Below are positions 29,105 through 37,903 of a DNA stretch of 64,000 bases, piece after piece. The notes under the pieces were generated by a model. That model was not told where the DNA came from, ran no database searches, and worked only from the letters and a program-made list of their open reading frames with translations. The position numbers and the translations under genes are program-made. How positions within the stretch are numbered: position 1 is the first letter of the stretch; every line of letters begins with the position of its first letter. The DNA is from Candidatus Nomurabacteria bacterium RIFCSPHIGHO2_01_FULL_36_23 (lineage in GTDB: Bacteria; Patescibacteriota; Minisyncoccia; Phycocordibacterales; UBA9973). The stretch lies in contig MFTF01000018.1 of assembly GCA_001786745.1 (NCBI GenBank), forward strand, positions 23,577 through 87,576. The letters are read 5' to 3'.

Positions 29105-29140
29105 TTTACATAAGATACGCTATAGCGTAGTTATAGTAGA
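29105..29140. repeat. 36-bp palindromic direct repeat C, downstream copy
   Basis: tttacataagatacgctatagcgtagttatagtaga; identical core atacgctatagcgt. Confidence 0.9.
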
Positions 29141-29177
29141 TTTGAGTTCAATAAAAAACTTTAGTATAATACTTATT

Positions 29178-30446
29178 ATGCGATTTTCAAAAAAGGTTTT
29201 AAAAAACGGATTGCGGGTTGTTATTGTGCCGATGAAGGATAATCCAACGGTCACGGTTTTGGTTTTAGTAGAAGCAGGATCAAAATATGAAACAAAAAAG
29301 GTAAATGGCATCTCCCATTTTCTAGAACATATGTGTTTTAAGGGGACAATAAAAAGACCCAAAGCCATTGATATTTCAAAAGAACTGGATGCCTTAGGGA
29401 GTCAATACAATGCCTTTACTGCGCAAGAATATACGGGATATTATGCGAAGTCCGATGCTTGGCATTTCAAGCAAATTTTTGATATTGTGTCGGATATATA
29501 TCTTAACTCTACTTTTCCTGAGGCAGAAATGCAGAGAGAAAAAGGCGTAATCACAGAGGAGATAAATATGTATAAAGATATGCCCCAGAGACACGTTCAG
29601 GATTTAATGACAAAGTTGCTTTATAAAAATCAGCCAGCTGGATGGAATGTTGCCGGTGAAAAGACAAATATTTTAAAAATGAAGCGCAATGATTTTGTGA
29701 AATATAAAAAGGAGCATTATGTTCCAGAAGCCACCGTATTAATAATAGCTGGACAGGTAACAGAGAAAGAAGTAATGAGCAAGATAAATAAAATTTTTGG
29801 CAAAATTCCACGAGGAAAGAAAGGTCATAAAATAAAAGTAAAAGAAAAACAAATAAAACCGCAAGTATTAATTAATTTTAAAAAAACAGACCAGACGCAT
29901 TTTGTTTTGAGTGTACGTACCTATGATTTATTTAATAAAAAAAATGCAATTCTTTCTGTTCTTGGCGGAGTGCTTGGTGGGGGAATGAGCTCACGCTTTT
30001 TTCAAAAACTTCGCGAAGAAATGGGTGTTGGTTATTATGTTCATGCGCACAATGATTCTTTTACTGACCATGGGTTTTTTCAAATTTCAGCCGGAGTGGA
30101 TAATAAAAGAATAAATGAAGTTGTCGGGGTTATTCTTGATGAATGTAATAAATTAAAAAAAGAAAAAATTAGCGCAGAAGAATTAAATAAAGTAAAAGAG
30201 TACTTGATAGGTAACATGAAACTATCTTTAGAATCGACTGACGATATAGCTAATTTTTATGGTGGGCAGGAACTTTTAAAACATGAACTGAAAAATGTGA
30301 AAGAAAAAGCAAAAGAAATCCGTAAAGTCACCGCCAGCCAAATCCAAAATCTGGCCAAAAATATTTTCCAAAACAAAAAGCTCAATTTAGCGCTCATTGG
30401 GCCTTTTAAAGAAAAATCAAAATTCTTAAAATTACTTAAATTTTAA
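29178..30446 (+). CDS. M16 family zinc peptidase
   Basis: HFLEH (HxxEH), NAFT, LGGGMSSRFFQKLRE; ATG 29178 follows TATAAT. Confidence 0.95.
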   Translation: MRFSKKVLKNGLRVVIVPMKDNPTVTVLVLVEAGSKYETKKVNGISHFLEHMCFKGTIKRPKAIDISKELDALGSQYNAFTAQEYTGYYAKSDAWHFKQIFDIVSDIYLNSTFPEAEMQREKGVITEEINMYKDMPQRHVQDLMTKLLYKNQPAGWNVAGEKTNILKMKRNDFVKYKKEHYVPEATVLIIAGQVTEKEVMSKINKIFGKIPRGKKGHKIKVKEKQIKPQVLINFKKTDQTHFVLSVRTYDLFNKKNAILSVLGGVLGGGMSSRFFQKLREEMGVGYYVHAHNDSFTDHGFFQISAGVDNKRINEVVGVILDECNKLKKEKISAEELNKVKEYLIGNMKLSLESTDDIANFYGGQELLKHELKNVKEKAKEIRKVTASQIQNLAKNIFQNKKLNLALIGPFKEKSKFLKLLKF

Positions 30447-30504
30447 ATTAAACCCCCCCCAACGAGGGGTTGGGGAGGAGTGTTTTTTGTGCTATTATAT
30501 TTCT

Positions 30505-31578
30505 ATGTTTGAAAAAAATGAAATTACCCCTATTTCTATATCCACCGATACAATGATTCGAGTCATCTTAATTGCGCTTGGCGTGTTTTTATTGTGGTTC
30601 TTGCGAGATTTAGTTCTTATTGTTTTGACCTCTATCGTGATAGCTTCTTTTGTAGAATCAGCTGTTCCTCATTTTAGAAAAATAGGAATTGGTAGAGTTT
30701 TTGGAATTGTGATTGTGTACGTCTTTTCTATCCTTATTTTGGCCGGACTTTTTTATCTTTTTGCTCCTCTTCTTATAACTGAACTTTATAATTTTTCCAG
30801 TTTTCTCTCCTCCTACATTCCAGATGTCTCATTTTTACGTTTTTTTCAAAATGAAGCTTTTTCTGGCGCTAAAGATATAGTCGGCGCTCTTTCCAATGAT
30901 TTTTCAGTGACTACGCTTATGTCAGTATCAAAAGCTTTCATTTTAAATCTTTCCGGGGGATTTTTTACGGCGTTTTCAATTGCCTTCGGCAGCATTTTTA
31001 ATTTTATATTGATTATCCTTATTTCCTTCTATCTCTCAATTCAAGAAAAGGGAATAGAAAATTTACTTCGACTTATTTTCCCAATTCACCACGAAGATTA
31101 TGTGGTGGATTTATGGGAACGTTCAAGTAGAAAAATAGCTCTTTGGATGAAAGGGCAAATGCTCTTAGGTTTGGTTGTTGCCGTTTTAATTTATTTAACG
31201 CTCTCACTTTTAGGCATAGAATACGCGCTTCTTCTTTCTCTTATCGCCGGAATAATGGAACTTGTGCCTTATGGTATTTTAATCGCCTTAATTCCGGCTT
31301 TTTCTTTTTCCTATATTTCTGGGGGGATAGCTAATGCATTAATGGTCACCGGAGCTTATATAATCGTCCACCAATTTGAAGTTTTTCTTTTTGCTCCATT
31401 GATTATCAAAAAAATAGTCGGTCTTTCGCCTATTGTCATAATTTTATCTGTTTTAATAGGTTTTGAGTTGGGCGGAATATGGGGAGGGGTGCTTGCTATT
31501 CCAGTAGCCGTTGTTGTAATGGAATTTTTGAGTGATATTGAAAAAAATAAAACTTTAGCCAGAACAAATATTAAATAA
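30505..31578 (+). CDS. AI-2E family transporter
   Basis: Multi-TM; WMKGQ, ELVPYG, VGLSP, GGVLAIP. Confidence 0.9.
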   Translation: MFEKNEITPISISTDTMIRVILIALGVFLLWFLRDLVLIVLTSIVIASFVESAVPHFRKIGIGRVFGIVIVYVFSILILAGLFYLFAPLLITELYNFSSFLSSYIPDVSFLRFFQNEAFSGAKDIVGALSNDFSVTTLMSVSKAFILNLSGGFFTAFSIAFGSIFNFILIILISFYLSIQEKGIENLLRLIFPIHHEDYVVDLWERSSRKIALWMKGQMLLGLVVAVLIYLTLSLLGIEYALLLSLIAGIMELVPYGILIALIPAFSFSYISGGIANALMVTGAYIIVHQFEVFLFAPLIIKKIVGLSPIVIILSVLIGFELGGIWGGVLAIPVAVVVMEFLSDIEKNKTLARTNIK

Positions 31579-33017
31579 TGACCGAAAAAAGACCTTTCTA
31601 TATTACGAGTACTATTCCTTATGTGAATGCAGAGCCCCATATTGGTTTTGCATTTGAACTTGTGCAATCAGATGCAATCGCGCGTTATAAGCGTCTTATG
31701 GGAAAAGATGTTTTTTTTAGTACAGGCACGGATGAATATGGTCAAAAGATTTGGGAAGCAAGTCAAAAAGAAGGTAAAACTGTTCAAAATTACGTTGATT
31801 ATTATGCGCAAAAATTTTTAGATCTCAAAACCACCTTGAATCTTTCCTGTGATAATTTTATTAGAACTACAAGCCAAGAACATATTTTAGCCACGCAAGA
31901 ATTTTGGCGTCTTTGTGATGCCAAGGGTGACATTTATAAAAAGATATATAAAGGGCTTTATTGTGTTGGCTGTGAAAAATTTATTACTAAAAAAGATCTT
32001 ATAAATGACAAATGTCCGTTTCATTTGACTGGCGAGCTTGAGACAGTTGAAGAAGAAAATTATTTTTTTAAGTTGGAGAATTATCAAAAACAACTGCTAG
32101 AATATCTTTCTAATGAAAAAGTAATCTTTCCAGAATGGAGAAGAAAAGAAGCTATTGATTTTGTGCAAAATGCACTAGAAGACTTTTCAATTTCTCGTTG
32201 CAAAGAGCGTGTTTCTTGGGGAATACCAATACCAGATGATGATAAGCAAGTTATGTATGTTTGGTTCGGCGCTTTTGTAAATTATATTTCAACTTTAGGC
32301 TGGCCGGACAGCAAAGGATCTTTTGAAAAATTTTGGCTACGAGGAGAAAAAGTTCAAACTGCCGGCAAAGATATGGTAAAGTTTCAATCAGTCATGTGGC
32401 AAGGCATGCTTATGTCGGCCGGTTTTCCGACAACCGATACTATTATCTACCATGGTTTCATTACCGGTGAAGGTGGCATCAAAATGTCTAAATCTCTTGG
32501 CAATGTAATTAGTCCCAATGACATTGTGAAAGAATATGGCACGGATGCCCTGCGTTATTTTCTTTTGCGTGAAATTTCCCCATTTGAAGACAGTCCGTTT
32601 ACAATGGAACGTTTTAAAGAAGCCTACAATGCCAATCTAGCGAATGGATTAGGGAATTTGATTTCGCGCATACTAACACTTTCAGAGAAATATTTAGATA
32701 AATGTCCAAAGATTCCAGAAAAGTCCGATTTCACTGAGTTCTTTGGTTTTTTTGAAAAATTTGATATTAAACAAACGATGGATTATATTTGGAATGAAAT
32801 AGGAGAACTTGATAAATTTATACAAAAAACTGAACCATTTAAGGTTGTAAAAGTTAATGAGAAAAAGGGAAAAGAATTAATTTCTGATATAGTTATTCGT
32901 TTGTACAGGATTGCTGGGATATTAAACCCGATAATGCCAGAGACAAACATTTTACTAAAGAAGTTGATTAAAGAAAATAAAAAACCAGAAAAACCTTTAT
33001 TTCCTCGCAAAAATTAA
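31578..33017 (+). CDS. metG: Methionine--tRNA ligase (short form)
   Basis: PYVNAEPHIG, YCVGCE, YVWF, KMSKSLGN. Confidence 0.96.
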   Translation: MTEKRPFYITSTIPYVNAEPHIGFAFELVQSDAIARYKRLMGKDVFFSTGTDEYGQKIWEASQKEGKTVQNYVDYYAQKFLDLKTTLNLSCDNFIRTTSQEHILATQEFWRLCDAKGDIYKKIYKGLYCVGCEKFITKKDLINDKCPFHLTGELETVEEENYFFKLENYQKQLLEYLSNEKVIFPEWRRKEAIDFVQNALEDFSISRCKERVSWGIPIPDDDKQVMYVWFGAFVNYISTLGWPDSKGSFEKFWLRGEKVQTAGKDMVKFQSVMWQGMLMSAGFPTTDTIIYHGFITGEGGIKMSKSLGNVISPNDIVKEYGTDALRYFLLREISPFEDSPFTMERFKEAYNANLANGLGNLISRILTLSEKYLDKCPKIPEKSDFTEFFGFFEKFDIKQTMDYIWNEIGELDKFIQKTEPFKVVKVNEKKGKELISDIVIRLYRIAGILNPIMPETNILLKKLIKENKKPEKPLFPRKN

Positions 33018-33018
33018 A

Positions 33019-33837
33019 ATGCAACCTAAATACATAGACATACACAGTCATATTAATTTTAAGGCTTTTGACAAAGATAGAGATGAGGTAATAAGGCGCG
33101 CTTTGGAGAATAATACTTGGATTATAAATGTCGGTACGCAAATAGATACTTCCCAAAAAGCTGTTGAAATTGCCAATCAATATAAGGGAGGCGTGTATGC
33201 AACAATTGGATTACATCCAATACATACAGATGTTTCTTTTCACGATAAACAAGAATTGAGCAGTGAAGGTCAAGAATTTACTTCGCGGGGAGAAGTGTTT
33301 AATAGAGAAGAGTATAAAAAACTTTTAAGCAATACCAAGGTGGTTGGAATAGGCGAATGTGGGTTGGATTATTATCATTGTACTAAAGAATCAATCTCAA
33401 AACAAAAGAATGCTTTTATTGAACAGATAAAACTGGCGAATGAATTTAATAAACCCTTGATGCTTCACATTAGAAATGCTTATAAAGATGCCTTAGAAAT
33501 TTTAAAAGCATACGCCAAAGTGAAGGGCAATGCGCATTTCTTTGCTGGCAATTTAGAAGATGCAAAAAATTTTTTGAATTTTGGTTTTACGCTTTCTTTT
33601 ACGGGAGTCATTACCTTCACCCATGATTATGATGAAGTTATAAAAAATACTCCACTGAATATGATTATGTCTGAAACAGATTCCCCATATGTTACTCCTG
33701 TTCCTTATCGTGGTAAACGAAACGAACCCTTTTATGTAAAAGAAGTTGTGAAAAAAATCGCCGAGATTAAAAATTTGCCTGAAGAAGAAGTTGCGAAAGC
33801 AATTATAGAGAATACTAAACGAGTCTTTACTTTATAA
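33019..33837 (+). CDS. tatD: TatD family nuclease
   Basis: DIHSH, GLHP, GECGLDY, ETDSPY, RGKRNEP. Confidence 0.95.
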   Translation: MQPKYIDIHSHINFKAFDKDRDEVIRRALENNTWIINVGTQIDTSQKAVEIANQYKGGVYATIGLHPIHTDVSFHDKQELSSEGQEFTSRGEVFNREEYKKLLSNTKVVGIGECGLDYYHCTKESISKQKNAFIEQIKLANEFNKPLMLHIRNAYKDALEILKAYAKVKGNAHFFAGNLEDAKNFLNFGFTLSFTGVITFTHDYDEVIKNTPLNMIMSETDSPYVTPVPYRGKRNEPFYVKEVVKKIAEIKNLPEEEVAKAIIENTKRVFTL

Positions 33838-33852
33838 AAATTTTTTGTTAGT

Positions 33853-34359
33853 ATGGAATCCATGCAAGATGCGGAAAAAGAAGTAGAACAAAATGCAAAT
33901 TCTAGGGTCTATGAACTCGGTTATCTTTTAGTTCCTACTATCAAAGAAGAAGATATCGTGATTAGCTACGGCAATCTTAAAGAACTCATTTTATCTTTCG
34001 GTGGTGAGATTGTTTCTGATGAAATGCCCAAAATAATTTCCTTAGCTTATACCATGCGAAAAGTTGCATCTAATGTGCGTAGCAAATTTAATACCGCCTA
34101 TTTTGGCTGGATTAAATTCACAATGAATGCTCAAAAAGTTTTGGAGTTGAAAAAAAAGATTGATTTAGACCCAAATTTTGTTCGATTTTTTATATTAAAA
34201 ACAGCGAAAGAAAATACCATCGCTGCGAAAAGATTTGTTCGTGGGAATATGGTACATCGAAAAAGTCCAACCATAAAGAGAAGTGGAGACAATAAAGAAG
34301 TTATTTCTATCAATAAAGATGAAATAGACAAAGAAATAGACGCTATGGTTGCAGTGTAG
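33853..34359 (+). CDS. rpsF: 30S ribosomal protein S6
   Basis: YELGYL, LAYTM, AYFGW; rpsF-ssb-rpsR order. Confidence 0.88.
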   Translation: MESMQDAEKEVEQNANSRVYELGYLLVPTIKEEDIVISYGNLKELILSFGGEIVSDEMPKIISLAYTMRKVASNVRSKFNTAYFGWIKFTMNAQKVLELKKKIDLDPNFVRFFILKTAKENTIAAKRFVRGNMVHRKSPTIKRSGDNKEVISINKDEIDKEIDAMVAV

Positions 34360-34409
34360 AATAGTAATAAAGTCGAAAGTTTATAAAGTTATAAAGTAAA
34401 ATCAAAGAT

Positions 34410-34865
34410 ATGTATTTAAATAAAGCAATAATAATAGGAAATCTTACTCGTGATCCGGAACTTCGCTCACTTCCCTCAGGAGTAAAAGTCTGTTCATTTT
34501 CTCTCGCCACAAACCGTGTTTGGAAAGATAAAAATGGCGTACGGCAAGAATCTGCCGATTATCATAATGTTGTGGTTTTTGGACGTCAGGCGGAAACAGT
34601 TGCGCAATACATGAAAAAAGGCAGCTCTATGTTAGTTGAAGGCAGAATACAGACAAGAAGCTGGGAAGACAAGACAAGCGGAGAAAAAAAATATCGCACA
34701 GAAATTGTCGCTGATCGCACGCAATTTGGACCTAAAGGTTCGGGGGGAAATGCAAGTACTGGAACCTCAAATACTTCATCTCCTAAAACATCATCAGATT
34801 CTGAAGAAATAGATACTATAGAATATCCAGAAGAAGATATTAATCCCGAAGATATTCCATTTTAA
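34410..34865 (+). CDS. ssb: Single-stranded DNA-binding protein
   Basis: NKAIIIGNLTRDPE, VEGRIQTRSW, C-terminal DIPF. Confidence 0.98.
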   Translation: MYLNKAIIIGNLTRDPELRSLPSGVKVCSFSLATNRVWKDKNGVRQESADYHNVVVFGRQAETVAQYMKKGSSMLVEGRIQTRSWEDKTSGEKKYRTEIVADRTQFGPKGSGGNASTGTSNTSSPKTSSDSEEIDTIEYPEEDINPEDIPF

Positions 34866-34870
34866 TTTTT

Positions 34871-35071
34871 ATGAAACAAGACTACTTTTCAGCTAATAAT
34901 ATAAAATATATAGACTATAAGGATATTGAAATCCTAAAGAAATTTTTGAATCCCAATGGCAAAATAATGAATCATAAACGTACCGGTGTTACTTCTAAAA
35001 ATCAACGAGAACTGGCTTCAGCCATCAAACACGCGCGATTTCTAGGTCTTTTGCCTTTTATGGTTAAATAA
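34871..35071 (+). CDS. rpsR: 30S ribosomal protein S18
   Basis: IDYKD..LKKF..GKI..RTG..QRELASAIKHARFLGLLP. Confidence 0.96.
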   Translation: MKQDYFSANNIKYIDYKDIEILKKFLNPNGKIMNHKRTGVTSKNQRELASAIKHARFLGLLPFMVK

Positions 35072-35099
35072 CTTTTTACTCATCTTTTTTAATACAAGA

Positions 35100-36374
35100 T
35101 TATCTTGGTTGTAAGTTTTGAGTAATACTGTAAATCGGTGTAATGATTGAAATGGCGATAAAACCAACAAGTATCCCCATTATAATCATTAGCACAGGTT
35201 CTATCATACTTGAGAGATTTTTAGTGAAATCATCAACTTCAGTTTCATATAATTCAGATAGATAAATAAGGGAGTTTGATAGATTTCCACTGCGTTCTCC
35301 CACCGAGATTATTTGAGTCAAGATGTCAGGAAAAAGATTTCTGGATGTTGTGAGATAGACCGACATCCTTTCTCCGCGATTGACAATTTCTGCCATAGAC
35401 TTGAATTCTTCTTTATAAACTAAATTTCCCGACACTTTTGTTGTAATTGATAAAGTTTCACCTAGCGTAATACCGCTTTTTAAAAGTAATCCCATGGTGC
35501 GGGTAGAATTAGCTAGATTATAATTTTTTATAACGTTTCCAATCATCGGAATTTTCATAATAATTTTATCAAAATTAAAATGGAACATTTCACTTTTTTT
35601 AAGGGTAATAATTATAATCACAACTAGGATTATTAATCCTGCAATCAATATTAATCCATGATGATTTAGGAAATTACTCAGAAAAATGACGATTCTAGTG
35701 GAAAGAGGAAGAATTATATGCAGACTTGAAAATACGGGCATAATTTTAGGAAAAAGATAAACCATCAGAAATCCCGTGATGCCGATAGTGGCGATGGTTA
35801 TAATGATAGGATAAATAAAAGCGCTAATAATTTTTTTACGTAAAGCATCTTTCTTTTTTAATTCACTTGCGAGATATTCAAGGTTGTCGCTTAACATTCC
35901 GGTGGATTCTCCGAACGAAATTATATTTATGGAAAAATCACCAAACGTCTTGCGAAATTTTGCCAGACTAGCGGATAAATCTTGTCCCCTTGAAACATCC
36001 GCAATAATTGTTTTAAGAATTAAAACATGGCTTTTTTTACGTGTTTGCTCTTGTATCATCGCCAAGCTTTCTAGTACAGGCACGCCGGCTTTTATAAGGA
36101 ATGATAATCGTTTTACAAAAAAGGTTTGTTCTTTTATGGACATGCGGGACAATGAAATATTTTTAAATATACTTTTTAAATTATCCCAAAATTTACCAGC
36201 GAATTTTTTTATTTTTGCCTCATCCGCAGGTCTATGGCCGAGAGAAAGGTCTTTATTTACAGATTTACTGTTTTCTTTTGGTATTTTTTTAACGGTTGCT
36301 TGGATAAATTTAGCTTTCTTCTCTATTTTACGAAGAGCAATATCAAATATTTTTTTATTCTTTTTTATTTCCAT
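35100..36374 (-). CDS. pilC: PilC/GspF platform protein, second copy
   Basis: FGESTGML, VGERSGNL, MIEPVLM. Confidence 0.92.
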   Translation of the reverse strand: MEIKKNKKIFDIALRKIEKKAKFIQATVKKIPKENSKSVNKDLSLGHRPADEAKIKKFAGKFWDNLKSIFKNISLSRMSIKEQTFFVKRLSFLIKAGVPVLESLAMIQEQTRKKSHVLILKTIIADVSRGQDLSASLAKFRKTFGDFSINIISFGESTGMLSDNLEYLASELKKKDALRKKIISAFIYPIIITIATIGITGFLMVYLFPKIMPVFSSLHIILPLSTRIVIFLSNFLNHHGLILIAGLIILVVIIIITLKKSEMFHFNFDKIIMKIPMIGNVIKNYNLANSTRTMGLLLKSGITLGETLSITTKVSGNLVYKEEFKSMAEIVNRGERMSVYLTTSRNLFPDILTQIISVGERSGNLSNSLIYLSELYETEVDDFTKNLSSMIEPVLMIIMGILVGFIAISIITPIYSITQNLQPR

Positions 36375-36375
36375 A

Positions 36376-37608
36376 TTATTCGTGTACGACGCGCAAAATT
36401 TCTTCTATCGTAGTGTCGCCAGTTTTTACTTTATGGAAACCATCTTCAAGCATAGTAGTCATACCACGGCTTATGGCTAAATTTTTTATTTCACTGGCTG
36501 ATGCTTTGCGCAAAATAGCTTCACGAATAACTTCATCTGCTACCAGCACTTCATTAATGCATAATCGGCCGGAATATCCGCTCATATTGCATTTTTGGCA
36601 TCCTTTGCCCTTATAAAATTCATGATTGTTTTTCATAAGTTTCCCAAGTGGCGTGTTTTCTAGGCTCTCTTTGAGAGCCGGAGTTATTTTTTGCTTTTCT
36701 TTACAATGCGGGCAAATTTTTCGTACCAATCTTTGACCTATAGCTATGGAGACCGTAGAGGCCACCAAATATTCTTCTATGCCCATGTCAAGTAGACGTG
36801 GTAGGGTAGTAGCGGCGTCGTTGGTGTGTAGTGTTGAAAGTAACAAATGTCCAGTCAGAGCGGTGTTGACAGCTATATTTGCGGTTTCGGCGTCACGAAT
36901 TTCACCAACCATAATAATGTTTGGATCTTGTCTTAGAATACTTCGCAGACCGTTGGCAAAGTTCAGACCCTTGTGTCCGTTGACCTGTATCTGTTTAATG
37001 GCATCTATCGCGTATTCGATAGGGTCCTCAATAGTAATAATTGAAACTTCCGGAGAGTTTAACATTTTTATAAGAGTATAAAGAGTGGTAGTTTTTCCGC
37101 TTCCCGTCGGACCGGTGGCTAAAATCATGCCGTTTGTTTTTTTAAGGGCAGTCATGATTTTTTTCTGGTTATTCTCACTAAAGCCGAGATTTTCTAAATT
37201 AAACTGCTCCGCTTTATCCGAAAGCAGTCGCATCATAGTATTTTCACCGTGATAAGTGGGCGCAATAGAGACACGAAGATCTATAAATTCATTAGTTTCG
37301 GGAAAGATATATCGAAATCGACCGTCTTGAGTAGCTTGATGTTCGTCTGAACGCAATTTAGAGAGGACTTTAATTCGGGAAATTATTTCACCGTGAATTT
37401 GTTTTGGAAATTTATAGACTTCCTGAAGAACACCATCTATGCGAAATCTCACACGAATGTCGCGCGCTTCCGGATCAATATGAATATCAGAAGATCTATT
37501 TTTGTGAGCTTTTTCTATTAAACAATCAACAAGATTAATAATGGAAATATTTTTTCCGAGAGATATTTCTTGCTCCAATGTGTCTTGTTTTTCTTGTGTT
37601 GTTGTCAT
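36376..37608 (-). CDS. pilB: Short PilB/GspE ATPase lacking the N-terminal domain
   Basis: SDIHIDP, GPTGSGKT, LRQDP, CPHC..CQKC zinc motif. Confidence 0.9.
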   Translation of the reverse strand: MTTTQEKQDTLEQEISLGKNISIINLVDCLIEKAHKNRSSDIHIDPEARDIRVRFRIDGVLQEVYKFPKQIHGEIISRIKVLSKLRSDEHQATQDGRFRYIFPETNEFIDLRVSIAPTYHGENTMMRLLSDKAEQFNLENLGFSENNQKKIMTALKKTNGMILATGPTGSGKTTTLYTLIKMLNSPEVSIITIEDPIEYAIDAIKQIQVNGHKGLNFANGLRSILRQDPNIIMVGEIRDAETANIAVNTALTGHLLLSTLHTNDAATTLPRLLDMGIEEYLVASTVSIAIGQRLVRKICPHCKEKQKITPALKESLENTPLGKLMKNNHEFYKGKGCQKCNMSGYSGRLCINEVLVADEVIREAILRKASASEIKNLAISRGMTTMLEDGFHKVKTGDTTIEEILRVVHE

Positions 37609-37612
37609 AAAT

Positions 37613-37704
37613 TGGCGGAGCCGGCTGGATTCGAACCAGCGGAGGGGTTTAAAGCCCTCACCTCTTTAGCAAAGAGGCACCTTAGACCGCTCAGACACGG
37701 CTCC
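37613..37704 (-). tRNA. tRNA-Ser(GCT)
   Basis: GGAGCCG/CGGCTCC acceptor stem, anticodon arm cctct-ttGCTaa-agagg, long variable arm, GTTCGAATC, encoded CCA. Confidence 0.96.
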
Positions 37705-37865
37705 AACTTTTACTTTATTACTCTAGCATATTTTTACTATTTCTCCACCGTTTTCTATTTATTGATTTTTACATTGTATGATATAATTATTATGGTCGCT
37801 TATTATGAATTTTTTAAAAGTAATTTTTATGATTAAAGGAGACCACTAAGAAGTGACTTACTTAC

Positions 37866-37896
37866 CCAAAAAGACAGCATTAAGCTGTTTTTTTGG
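37866..37896 (+). terminator. Intrinsic terminator-like hairpin
   Basis: aaaaagacagc-att-aagctgttttttt. Confidence 0.6.
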
Positions 37897-37903
37897 TATT
37901 GTT

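Noticed and set aside
15247-29140. CRISPR-Cas locus (Cas2-like genes plus 36-bp palindromic repeats)
   Set aside because: Only two copies per repeat, separated by a whole gene rather than spacers; no cas1 or effector genes in the window.
30451-30480. C-run/G-rich hairpin after the M16 peptidase as a new element
   Set aside because: Single short copy; adequately explained as a terminator or decayed repeat.
35884-36480. 198-aa plus-strand ORF and the many other short overlapping ORFs in the track
   Set aside because: Antisense or off-frame shadows of well-supported genes with no recognisable motifs.
35100-37704. Island integrated at tRNA-Ser
   Set aside because: No integrase and no duplicated tRNA 3' end seen.
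37570-37836. 88-aa ORF
   Set aside because: Runs antisense through tRNA-Ser(GCT).
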